64,000 nt of DNA, taken from NCBI GenBank assembly GCA_964016885.1, contig OZ024757.1, positions 15,686,001 to 15,750,000 on the forward strand. Direction: 5' to 3'. How positions within the stretch are numbered: position 1 is the first letter of the stretch; the number at the start of each line of letters is the position of its first letter. The notes beneath the pieces are model-generated. The model did not search any database, had not been told where the DNA came from, and saw only the letters and a program-made list of their open reading frames with translations. Shown in pieces: positions 12,642 to 24,715 of the stretch. The position numbers and the translations under genes were made by a program. The DNA comes from Eledone cirrhosa. Lineage: Eukaryota.

Positions 12642-13903
12642 CAAAGTTTGTTTTATAAACATTGACATATCCAGGAAGGAGATCTTAACGGTTCAGGTTT
12701 TTCAAGTTTTAGTGCTTCGAATTAGTTATAAATATATATATTTGTTGAATTACCAACAAATTAAATATCCCTTTTGCTTAAATATATATATATATATCAT
12801 CATCATCTTCACCATCACCGTTTAATGTCCATTTTTCCATGCTAGCATGGGTTAGATAAGTTGTACCTTGTGAGACAAGTCAGATCTGATGACCGTGTCT
12901 TGCTAATATACAAAACTGCTGCTGGCTTGGTTTCTACAACTGGATGCCCTTCCTAACACTAACCACATTTACAGTGCGTACCGGGTGCTTTTTATCATGG
13001 CTCTACAACAATCACTTTACAGTGTAGACTGGGTGCTTTTTGTTGTGTCACCAACACAACCATTTTACACGGTGGACTGGGTACTTTTTGTTGTGTCATC
13101 AACATCATCATCATCATCATTTTACGTCCGCTTTTCCCTGCTTGTAAGGGTGGGACGGGTTTTATTCAGCACAGCATCTCTCCACTCGTTACGGTCCCTC
13201 GTCATCTCCACCGTGAGCTTCAATGATCTGAGGTCTGTTCTCACCACCTCCGCCCATATATATATATAATCATCATCATTGTTTAATGTCTATCTTCCAT
13301 GTTAGCATGGGTTAGATGGGTTTGTCCCATTAGAGGCAAGTTGGATCAGGTGACCATGTCTCACTCCTATAGGACTGTCTCTGGCTGGTTTTCTACTGTT
13401 GGATGGCCTTCCTAACACCAACCACATTTACAGAGTGGACTGGGTGTTTTTTGCCGCGTATCCTACATGATCATCATTATAATCTAACATCCATTTTTCC
13501 ATGCTAGCATGGGTTAGATGAGTTGTGCCATTGTGAGACACGTCAGATCTGATGACCGTGCCTTGCTTATACAAAACTGTTTCTGTCTTGGTTCTACGAC
13601 TGGATGCCCTTCCTAATACTAACCACATTTACAGTGTGGACTGGATGCTTTTTATCATGGCTCCAAAACAACCATCAGATCTGACTTGTCTCACAAGGTA
13701 CAATTCATCTAACCCATGCTAGCATAGAAAAATGGACATTAAACGATGATGATGATGATATATATAAGCAAAAGGGATATTTAATTTGTTGATAATTCAA
13801 CAAATATATATATTTATAACTGATTCGAAGCACTAAAACTTGAAAAACTTGAATCTTTAAGATCTCCTTCCTGGATATGTCAATATTTATAAAACAAACT
13901 TTG

Positions 13904-13964
13904 TATTTTATCTGATGAGAGCATACCAAAGTTTTGGCACCCTTGAAATATATATAATAGAATA
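13904..13964 (+). ncRNA. Minimal type I hammerhead (family A), inverted twin of 12581
   Basis: Same fold; CUGAUGA 13912-18, GAAA 13945-48. Confidence 0.75.
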
Positions 13965-14019
13965 AAAATGGTTTTATAAAATTAGTTTCCATTTATTAAT
14001 ATCATTGATATATATATTG

Positions 14020-14280
14020 TAGGGCGGGTAAAATTCCCGAGATCCATGGACGAGTTCTCTCCAGCAGTCTCTATCCCTCATTATCGCTGCCATGTCCTGC
14101 GTCTCCTACAGACCAGTGTCGATCCTTAGGGCATCAACATACGTTAACCTTGGTCTTCTTCTTCCAGTGTGTCCATGTAGGGGCTCCCACAGGAGCACTG
14201 AGTGCAATGTCAACTCTGGATGTCGGTGAGCATGTCCAGCTAACCTCAGTCTCCTCTGTGTCACTTTTGAGCTGTCTTTT
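14020..14280 (-). mobile_element. RTE-like LINE 3' fragment
   Basis: Minus strand reads RRLRLAGHAHRHPEL..LLWEPLHGHTGRRRPRLTYVDAL. Confidence 0.65.
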
Positions 14281-14804
14281 GTCCTGGGTTTGACATTAAA
14301 CTACATCCAGCGGCAAGGCTCCAGTTCGGGAGTTCAGGAGCTGTGGGGAATGTGGAGTTACCCCTTAGTTGTCATAACTCCCAAGTGTGCTCTGGCCCGG
14401 AGTAGTAGTACCTGTTAGGGCCCCATTTATGGGTTAAATAACTACCTTATTCGAGTGGCACAGGTAAGATATTGTCAGCCATTGAAAAGAAATATGTATA
14501 TATATATATATATAAATGTATATTCAGATGCAGTGAAAATGATTGAAGGGTTTAATTCACAGCAGTTTGAAATAGAGATATATAGAATCAACAAAGCAAA
14601 TGGACAATAATAATGTAAATGAGTCAGAAAAAGAATAGAAAAAGGTCTGAACACTCGTGGAGTTAGTGATTATTCCTGAAATAGTGACTTGCTAGAGAGA
14701 AAACCGAGCTCTCTTGTTTTTCAGATATCAATAAATATAGGTTGATTTCTATGGTACCCCTATGACTCCATTAGAAGTTAATGGCCCAGGGATGGAGGAG
14801 GGTA

Positions 14805-15035
14805 TTAACCCTTTAACATTTTCATTACTCTCTATATATACTATTGTATTTTCTTGGCAAACATTTTACCTCACATAGTTATTTCATATAATATCAAATT
14901 TATGAGATTTTGATGTCATTTATTTTGAGAATAATATCTTAACGCACATATGAGCAGTCGGTTCCAGCCGGTTTGAAGAGAAAAAGGTGAGAGAATACTG
15001 GCCGGATACGGCCGGTTTAAATGCTAAAGGGTTAA
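14805..15035. mobile_element. piggyBac-like MITE (TTAA ends, CCCTTTAGCATT TIR)
   Basis: ttaa-ccctttaacatt ... aatgctaaaggg-ttaa; related copies at 17528, 43004, 43565, ~55000 and 62045. Confidence 0.75.
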
Positions 15036-15521
15036 TGGAATTGCTATGCTACATAAACTCAATGAAATATGCAATATTCTGTCAGACCATTACATAAGTA
15101 TATTTCATTTTTATCTGACTACCTTGCCTTGTTGAATTAATTTATTGGTGGGTGGCAATTGACTGTTGTGAGAGAGAAGGCCAGTATCCAAAATAATAAT
15201 TGTTTCTACTTTTGGCACAAGGCCAGCAATTACCCTAGTGCATTACTGGTATTTTATTTTATCAACCCCCGTAAGAATGAAAGGCAAAGTATGCAAAATA
15301 ATAAGAACAACAAATTTACAAATAAATGACTTGGACAAACATTTTTCACAAATAAATCTTTCAGTTTATCGATACAAAAAAAGAGGGGGGGGGGGATGAT
15401 GAAAATTTACAACCTAAATTTACAACCTTTCACTATCATTCATTTGTATTTAATTATCTGCCATTTTATATACCTAAAACGAAACAGCTTCCACTATCTG
15501 TGATATTTCTAGTAAACTTAC

Positions 15522-15803
15522 CTCTTCTTTTTCCATTTTCTCAAGTCAGTCACAAGTTCCTGTACTGTCTCTCTAAAAGAACGTTCTTCTTTTTCTCCTT
15601 CTTGTTGTCTTTCTTCTTCTTTCTTGTCATTGTCAATTGTTTCCTCCTGTCCAGCCGTCTCATTATCTTTGGTATCCTTTTCCACAGAGTCTTCTTTTGG
15701 AAGATCCTCAGGCTTTGGTGGTTTCTTTTTTGTCTTCTTTTTTCCTTGTTTTTCCAATTCATATTCCGTGGCTATTTCCAGTAGAGTCTTCGGTCTTTCT
15801 TCT
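15522..15803 (-). CDS. Probable internal exon of a host gene encoding a Lys/Glu-rich segment
   Basis: Stop-free non-repetitive frame; donor AG|GTAAGT at 15521-15516; candidate AAG acceptor at 15804-06 after a T-rich stretch; 282 nt, phase 2 at both ends. Confidence 0.6.
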
Positions 15804-16539
15804 CTTTTAGATCCAAAATAGTTGGTAAAAAAACTCATTGATAAAACAATAAGGATTTAGCAGTTTATCTCTTCCTTCATAACTATTGCGCATTAGACAC
15901 GCACATGTTTGTATCAACATAGATATATAATATATAAACACATATATATATATATGTATATATATTGATAGTCTGTTACTGGGACCAGTGAAGACCACAA
16001 ATCAAAGAAGTACTCAATACATGGTATGATGCAGAGTGGGTATATTAGTAAAAGTAGAGTATCAACCGCAAGCTTGGCAGTTTCGCTAGTTACCTCTTAC
16101 TATGAATATTTATATATTTAGTAGTTTTCAGTGATATGGAATCCAGATTCAGGATAATTTCTGTAATATTTGAAATAATAGTTGTCTGCAGTTAACGATT
16201 TACAAACTAAATAACTACTTGTGTAAAGTTTGAAGGGTTAGATCTACCTCAATTCAAATGAAAAAGGGCTGCATGTTGTAGTGGCATCACCAAATATATA
16301 TTTTTCTCTGTGGTTTGTAAGCACTTAGTAACTGCCATGTAACAGCTGGGGATGTAATTTGATATAGAATAAGAGGTAAATTAATCAGGCCAATCAAACA
16401 CCTGTTACCAAATTTAATGAGGTTTAGGCTGTCATCATGTTTATTCAATATCCAATGAGTATGGTGGTCAATACGTATTCTTTCATTCTTTCCTTATTGG
16501 GTTTTTCTTGTATTAATCTTCATCTGTTTAACTCTTTTT

Positions 16540-17420
16540 ATACCAAACCACTTGAATCTGCCCCCCTTATTTCTACAACACCAAACCACTTGAATCTGCC
16601 CCCTTATTTCTACAACACCAAACCACTTGAATCTGCCCCCTTATTTCTACAACACCAAACCACTTGAATCTGCCCCCTTATTTCTACAACACCAAACCAC
16701 TTGAATCTGCCTCCTTATTTATACAACACCAAACCACTTGAATCTGCCTTCTTATTTCTACAACGCCAAACCCCCTGACACTCTCCCATATTTCTACAAC
16801 ACCAAACCCGCTGACACTCTCCCATATTTCTACAACACCAAACCCCCTAACACTCTCCCATATTTCTACAACACCAAACCACCTAACACTCCCTTGTTAC
16901 TACAACACCAAACCCCCTGACACTCTCCCATATTTCTACAACACCAAACCACCTAACACTCCCTTGTTACTACAACACCAAACCCCAACACTCCCATATT
17001 TCTACAACACCAAACCCCCTGACACTCTCCCATATTTCTACAACACCAAACCACCTGACACTCTCCCATATTTCTACAACACCAAACCACCTAACACTGC
17101 CATATTTCTACAACACCAAACCCCCTAACACTGCCATATTTCTACAACACCAAACCCCCTGACACTCCCATATTTCTACAACACCAAACCACCTAACACT
17201 GCCATATTTCTACAACACCAAACCACCTAACACTGCCATATTTCTACAACACCAAACCCCCTAACACTGCCATATTTCTACAACACCAAACCCCCTGACA
17301 CTCCCATATTTCTACAACACCAAACCACCTAACACTGCCATATTTCTACAACACCAAACCACCTAACACTGCCATATTTCTACAACACCAAACCACCTAA
17401 CACTCCCTTGTTACTACAAT
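16540..17420. repeat. ~37-bp minisatellite with two unit subtypes
   Basis: accaaaccacttgaatctgcccccttatttctacaac changing to accaaacc(a/c)cct(a/g)acact..ccatatttctacaac. Confidence 0.93.
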
Positions 17421-17527
17421 ATTAAACTGTTTGTCTTGAAATATTGCTATTTATCTAAACACCTTTCATCATAAGTGCAATATTTTTTGTTTGCTTTCTG
17501 AGAGAGAGGACATCATGAAGTTGGTCT

Positions 17528-18026
17528 TTAACCCTTTAGCATTTACATTATATATCTAAGTCTAATGTCTGTCTCAAGCCTAGAAGCTCATCAGGCTGGT
17601 GCTTATCCCTGTTTCCATGGCATTAAGTGACTGAAAGTACAGTACTGCCCCCTGGATAGGATACCAGACCATCACTGGGTTAAACTCCCAGCTATTACTG
17701 TTACTCATTTTCAGTTGAGTATACTGGAGCAACATGAAATGAAGGGTTTTGCTCAAGAACGCAACCGACAACCGAGTCCAGGAATTAAACCCACAACGTT
17801 ATGGTCATAAATCCAACACCCTTACCACCAGGCCACGTGCTTCCATACTCTATATATACTGTTGTATTTTTGTGATAAAGACTCTATCTTACATAATTAT
17901 CTCACATAATATCGAATATACAAGATTTTGTTGTTATTTATTTTGAGAACAATACCTTAACATCAGTATGAGCAGCCAGTTATGGCCAGTTTGAACAGAA
18001 AGAGTTGCTAAACCATAAAGGATTAA
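17528..18026. mobile_element. piggyBac-like MITE containing a nested SINE (17570-17845, minus)
   Basis: ttaaccctttagcatttac start; MITE sequence resumes after the SINE head at 17845. Confidence 0.65.
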
Positions 18027-18967
18027 AAAACTACTGAGATCGGGGTATAATATATTGCTAAGGATTTATTAACCAAAAACACACACAGGTCCATACACAC
18101 ACACAAACACACACACATATATATTCACTCACGCACGCTCTCAGAGAAAGGTATACACATATATATTCACTTACACACACACACACACAGGTATACACAG
18201 ACATACAGAGGTATACACAGACATATTCACTTACACAGGTACACACACACATATATGTGGTGTTTTATATATGCATGCATATATAACTCTATAGCTGTAT
18301 AGAAGTACAAGATATTTCAGTACAGAGAGAGAGAGGGGGGGGGGGGGGTACACACCTTGAAGCTGGTCTTTAAAAAACTACTGAGATTGGAGGTGCCATA
18401 TATTGTCATGGATCATCATCATCGCCATCACCATATTATAAAGTTCATTTTGCATACTTGCATGCGTTAGACAGGTTGTCATGTTATGTGACTAGTCAGG
18501 TCAGGTGACCATGTCTTGCCCATACAAATCTGTATATTGATTTGATTTCTATGGCTGGACGCCTTTCTTAATGCCAACCACATTTACAGTGTGGGCTACA
18601 TTATTGTGTGGGTTTACCAACCATAAATAGGATCTTCCAGTACATGGGGGTTAGGCAAAGATTTAACAACAGAAACATTACCAATCTGAGAGGGAGGACC
18701 TCTTGAAATTAATCTTTAAAAAACACTACCAAGACTGGAGATACAATATAGTGTCAAAGATCTACCAACTATAAACAAGATATTCCAGTACATGGAGGCT
18801 GCGTAAAGATTACAACAGAAACATTATCAGTCTGAGAGGGAGGACATCTTGAAACTGGTCTTTAAAAATCTGTAAATGATCTGTATATATATATATATAT
18901 ATTTCGTTTCTGAATTTGGCGTAGGATAGAAGAAAGGAAAGGCACAGAAACGAAGAAAGAAATCCCC

Positions 18968-19012
18968 AGTCACTGAAGAGGTCACAGAGTGTGTGACGAA
19001 AGAACTATGACT
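18968..19012 (+). ncRNA. Minimal type I hammerhead
   Basis: agtca-CUGAAGA-g-gtcac/gtgac-GAAAG-aa-CUA-tgact. Confidence 0.7.
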
Positions 19013-19163
19013 ATATATATATAAACAACTATCTGGTTGTGGAACCAACCAACCAACCAGAAATTTATAAATTTGTAAATTTATAAATATTTAATAAATT
19101 AAATTGAAGTGAAAGCAACTGGTGCGTGTGTTTCTTATTGGCAACATGACCCTCCCAAAGTAT

Positions 19164-19202
<39 letters not shown>

Positions 19203-19525
19203 GCAAGGATGATTTGTTAAGTCTTCATTACGTTTATTAATTGGTGATGCGCGTTTTGCTATTGATCAGCTCAAAGTTCGCTCTGGCCCGATTCTAGAAT
19301 CAAAAGCTTGTTGGACCTCTGCTGTTGTAATGACAGAATGAATCTAGAGTGAATATATATATTTTAAGATGACCTCCCTTTACCCTTTTGGGGACAGCGT
19401 GTATTTTATCTTTGGGAGGGAGGACTGCTGGATTTTCTAATCTACCAGTCTCTTCTTAGCACTGAAGGAGACCATCAACATTCTATTAATATCGATATAA
19501 TTCTTATATCGATATTATTGGGGCA

Positions 19526-19649
19526 TCCACTGATGAGTTTATAAGAGCCCGCTTGTGTATAAAACTATGGATTATATACAAGTTTCTACATAACCTGGAA
19601 ATTATTTATCCCAAATTGTAGAAATCTTATAACGAAACGGCCGTCTGGA
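19526..19649 (+). ncRNA. Type I hammerhead with a branched stem II
   Basis: tcca-CUGAUGA-gtt(t)ataaga..tcttataac-GAAAC-ggcc-GUC-tgga; two internal hairpins. Confidence 0.8.
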
Positions 19650-19847
19650 AGGAAAGAGATATTTATTTAACAATGTCTCATATAAAATAATACAACCAGC
19701 TATCCACGAAATACTGATTAGTTAGCACCCCAAACACTAAATTGGGACAATACTTAAGTATATCTTAATGTTTGTTGAGTGGGATGGGGTTGGTCGGAGT
19801 ATTGCTTAAGGCTTTCTCTGTTTATGTATTGTTATATATATATATAA

Positions 19848-20035
19848 GGCGGTGGATTGGCAGTATCGGTAGAGGGTCGGATGCCATGCTTTCCAGCATA
19901 GTTATGTCCCTTTACGATCTGAGTTCAAATCCCGCCGAGGTTGACTTTGCCTTTCATCCTTACGGGGGTCGATAAAATAAAGTACCAGTAATGCACTGGT
20001 TAATTGCTGGCCTTGTGCCTAAAGTAGAAACAGTT
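19848..20035 (+). mobile_element. SINE family 2, full length
   Basis: ggcggtggattggcagtatcggtag...gagttcaaatccc...gtagaaac. Confidence 0.85.
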
Positions 20036-20078
20036 ATATATATATATAGATAGATTAGTTTTATAAATAAATATTGAC

Positions 20079-20162
20079 ATACCCTGAAAAAATGCAACGT
20101 TCACGGTTGGAGTCTCCTACCCAAGAGACTCCAACCGTGAAGGTTGCATTTTTTCAGGGTAT
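20079..20162. repeat. 38-bp near-perfect hairpin
   Basis: Arms 20079-20116 / 20125-20162, one mismatch, 8-nt loop. Confidence 0.9.
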
Positions 20163-20176
20163 TTTTTTTTTTTTTT

Positions 20177-20506
20177 CATCATTTTTACGTCCACTTTTCC
20201 CTGCTTGCAAGGGTGGGACGGGAACTGATTCTGGCTTGATTTCTACAGCTGGATGCCCTTCCTAACACCAACCTCATTTACAGTGAGTGCTGGGTGCTTT
20301 TCTGCCGTGGCACCTCCACGTCCACTTTGCAGTGGAATGATATGGACCCCAGTCCCTATCATCTCATTTCTACAGCTGAGTAAACTGGAGCAATGTGAAA
20401 TAAAGTGTCTTGCTCAAGGAAACAACACATCACCCGGTCTGAGGATTGAACTCACAACCTTTCGATTGCAAGGCCAATGCTCTAACCACTAAGCCATGTG
20501 CCTCCA
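20177..20506 (-). mobile_element. SINE family 1, full length
   Basis: Near-identical to 2005-2349. Confidence 0.9.
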
Positions 20507-20526
20507 CATAAAACTAATCTATATTA

Positions 20527-20592
20527 TATTTTATCTGATGAAAGGGCACCATAATCTGCCTTGGTGGCCCTTGAAATATGTATAATGAAATA
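20527..20592 (+). ncRNA. Minimal type I hammerhead (family A)
   Basis: tattttat-CUGAUGA-aagggcacca/tggtggccctt-GAAAU-atgt-AUA-atgaaata. Confidence 0.8.
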
Positions 20593-20669
20593 AAAATGGT
20601 TTTATAAATATAGTTTCCATTTGTTAATATATTGTATATTTACTCCACTAAATTGTTGAGTGCTTTATA

Positions 20670-23600
20670 TGTAATAGTGTGTGTTTATATATATATAATA
20701 GTGTATGTGTTTATATATATGTTATAGTGTGTGTGTTTATATATATATAATAGTGTGTGTGTTTATATATATGTAATAGTGTGTGTGTTTATATACATAG
20801 TGTGTGTTTATATATATGTTATAGTGTGTGTGTTTATATATATATAATAGTGTGTGTGTTTATATATATAGTGTGTGTTTATATATATGTTATAGTGTGT
20901 GTGTTTATATATATGTAATAGTGTGTGTGTTTATATATATGTTATAGTGTGTGTGTTTATATATATGTAATAGTGTGTGTGTTTATATATATGTTATAGT
21001 GTGTCTGTTTATATATATGTAATACTGTGTGTGTTTATATATATGTTATAGTGTGTGTGTGTATATATATGTTATAATGTGTGTGTTTATATATATGTAA
21101 TAGTGTGTGTTTATATATATGTTATATTGTGTGTGTGTATATATATATGTTATAGTGTGTGTGTTTATATATATGTAATAGTGTGTGTGTTTATATATAT
21201 GTTATAGTGTGTGTTTATATATATGTTCTAGTGTGTGTGTTTACATATATGTAATAGTGTGTGTGTATATATATGTTATAGTGTGTGTGTTTATATATAT
21301 GTTATAGTGTGTGTGTTTATATATATATGTTATAGTGTGTGTGTTTATATATATGTTATAATATGTGTGTTTATATATATGCTATAGTGTGTGTTTATAT
21401 ATATGCTATAGTGTGTGTGTATATATATGCTATAGTGTGTGTGTTTATATATATGTTATAGTGTGTGTGTTTATATATATGTTATAGTGTGTGTGTTTAT
21501 ATATATGTAATAGTGTGTGTGTTTATATATATGTTATAGTGTGTGTGTTTATATATATGTAATAGTGTGTGTGTGTTTATATATATGTTATAGTGTGTCT
21601 GTTTATATATATATGTTGAGTGTGTGTGTATATATATGTTATAGTGTGTGTGTTTATATATATGTTATAGTGTGTGTATATATATGTTATAATGTGTGTG
21701 TTTATATATATGTTATAGTGTGTCTGTTTATATATATATGTTATAGTGTGTGTGTTTATATATATGTTATAGTGTGTGTGTTTATATATATGTAATAGTA
21801 TGTGTTTATATATATGTTATAGTGTGTGTGTGTATATATATACGTTATAGTGTGTGTTTTATATATATGTAATAGTGTGTGTGTTTATATATATGTTATA
21901 GTGTGTGTGTTTATATATATGTAATAGTGTGTGTGTATATATATGTTATAGTGTGTGTGTTTATATATATGTTATAGTGTGTGTGTTTATATATATGCTA
22001 TAGTGTGTGTGTATATATATGCTATAGTGTGTGTGTTTATATATATGTTATAGTGTGTGTGTTTATATATATGTTATAGTGTGTGTGTTTATATATATGT
22101 AATAGTGTGTGTGTTTATATATATGTTATAGTGTGTGTGTTTATATATATATGTTATAGTGTGTGTGTTTATATATGTTATAGTGTGTGTGTTTATATAT
22201 ATATGTTATAGTGTGTGTGTTTATATATGTTATAGTGTGTGTGTTTATATATATGTTATAGTGTGTGTGTTTATATATATGTTATAATGTGTGTGTTTAT
22301 ATATATGCTATAGTGTGTGTTTATATATATGCTATAGTGTGTGTGTATATATATGCTATAGTGTGTGTGTTTATATATATGTTATAGTGTGTGTGTTTAT
22401 ATATATGTTATAGTGTGTGTGTTTATATATATGTTATAGTGTGTATGTTTATATATATGTTATAGTGTGTGTGTTTATATATATGTTATAGTGTGTGTGT
22501 TTATATATATGTTATAGTGTGTGTGTTTATATATATGTAATAGTGTGTGTTTATATATATGTTATATAGTGTGTGTGTTTATATATATGTAATAGTGTGT
22601 GTGTATATATATGTTATAGTGTGTGTGTTTATATATATGTTATAGTGTGTGTGTTTATATATATGCTATAGTGTGTGTGTATATATATGCTATAGTGTGT
22701 GTGTTTATATATATGTTATAATGTGTGTGTTTATATATATGCTATAGTGTGTGTTTATATATATGCTATAGTGTGTGTGTATATATATGCTATAGTGTGT
22801 GTGTTTATATATATGTTATAGTGTGTGTGTTTATATATATGTTATAGTGTGTGTTTATATATATGCTATAGTGTGTGTGTATATATATGCTATAGTGTGT
22901 GTGTTTATATATATGTTATAGTGTGTGTGTTTATATATATGTTATAGTGTGTGTGTTTATATATATGTTATAGTGTGTCTGTTTATATATATGTAATACT
23001 GTGTGTGTTTATATATATGTTATAGTGTGTGTGTGTATATATATGTTATAATGTGTGTGTTTATATATATGTAATAGTGTGTGTTTATATATATGTTATA
23101 TTGTGTGTGTGTATATATATATGTTATAGTGTGTGTGTTTATATATATGTTATAGTGTGTGTGTTTATATATATGTTATAGTGTGTGTGTTTATATATAT
23201 GTTATAGTGTGTGTGTTTATATATATGTTATAGTGTGTGTGTTTATATATATGTAATAGTGTGTGTTTATATATATGTTATATAGTGTGTGTGTTTATAT
23301 ATATGTAATAGTGTGTGTGTATATATATGTTATAGTGTGTGTGTTTATATATATGTTATAGTGTGTGTGTTTATATATATGCTATAGTGTGTGTGTATAT
23401 ATATGCTATAGTGTGTGTGTTTATATATATGTTATAATGTGTGTGTTTATATATATAGTGTGTGTTTATATATATGCTATAGTGTGTGTGTTTATATATA
23501 TGCTATAGTGTGTGTGTTTATATATATGTTATAGTGTGTGTGTTTATATATATGTTATAATGTGTGTGTTTATATATATGCTATAGTGTGTGTTTATATA

Positions 23601-24715
23601 TATGCTATAGTGTGTGTGTATATATATGCTATAGTGTGTCTGTTTATATATATGTTATAGTGTGTGTGTTTATATATATGTTATAGTGTGTGTGTTTATA
23701 TATATGTAATAGTGTGTGTGTTTATATATATGTTATAGTGTGTGTGTTTATATATATGTTATAGTGTGTGTGTTTATATGTTATAGTGTGTATGTTTATA
23801 TATATGTAATAGTGTGTATGTTTATATATATGTTATAGTGTGTGTGTTTATATATATGTTATAGTGTGTGTGTTTATATATATGTTATAGTGTGTGTGTT
23901 TATATATATGTTATCGTGTGTGTGTTTATATATATGTAATAGTGTGTGTGTATATATATGTTATAGTGTGTGTGTTTATATATATGTTATAGTGTGTGTG
24001 TTTATATATATGTTATAGTGTGTGTGTATATATATATGTTATAGTGTGTGTGTTTATATATATGCTATAGTGTGTGTGTTTATATATGTTATAGTGTGTG
24101 TGTTTATATATATGTTATAGTGTGTGTGTTTATATATATGTTATAGTGTGTGTGTTTATATATATGTTATAGTGTGTGTGTTTATATATATGTTATAGTG
24201 CGTGTGTATATATATGTTATAGTGTGTGTGTTTATATATATATGTAATAGTGTGTGTGTATATATATATGTTATAGTGTGTGTGTTTATATATATGTAAT
24301 AGTGTGTGTGTGTATATATATGTAATAGTGTGTGTGTGTATATATATGTAATAGTGTGTGTGTATATATATATGTTATAGTTTGTGTGTTTATATATATG
24401 TTATAGTGTGTGTGTTCATATATATGTTATAGTGTGTGTGTTTATATATATGTTATAGTGTGTGTGTGTATATATATGTAATAGTGTGTGTGTATATATA
24501 TATGTTATAGTGTGTCTGTTTATATATATGTTATAGTGTGTGTGTTTATATATATGTTATAGTGTGTGTGTTTATATATATGTAATAGTGTGTGTGTTCA
24601 TATATATGTTATAGTGTGTGTGTATATATATGTTATAGTGTGTGTGTTTATATATATGTTATAGTGTGTGTGTTTATATATATGTTATAGTGTGTGTGTT
24701 TTTATATATGTAATA
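20670..24715. repeat. ~26-bp satellite array, ~4 kb
   Basis: Unit gttatagtgtgtgtgtttatatatat. Confidence 0.97.

Larger units (their letters stand above)
11770..14751. repeat. ~3 kb inverted duplication with independent insertions in each arm
   Basis: 11770-12010 is the inverse of 14511-14751; 12538-12890 is the inverse of 13675-14010. Confidence 0.85.

Noticed and set aside
14395-14450. Pistol-like words GTTAGGGCC and TTAAATA
   Set aside because: No P1 stem or CCCTAA pseudoknot partner is present.
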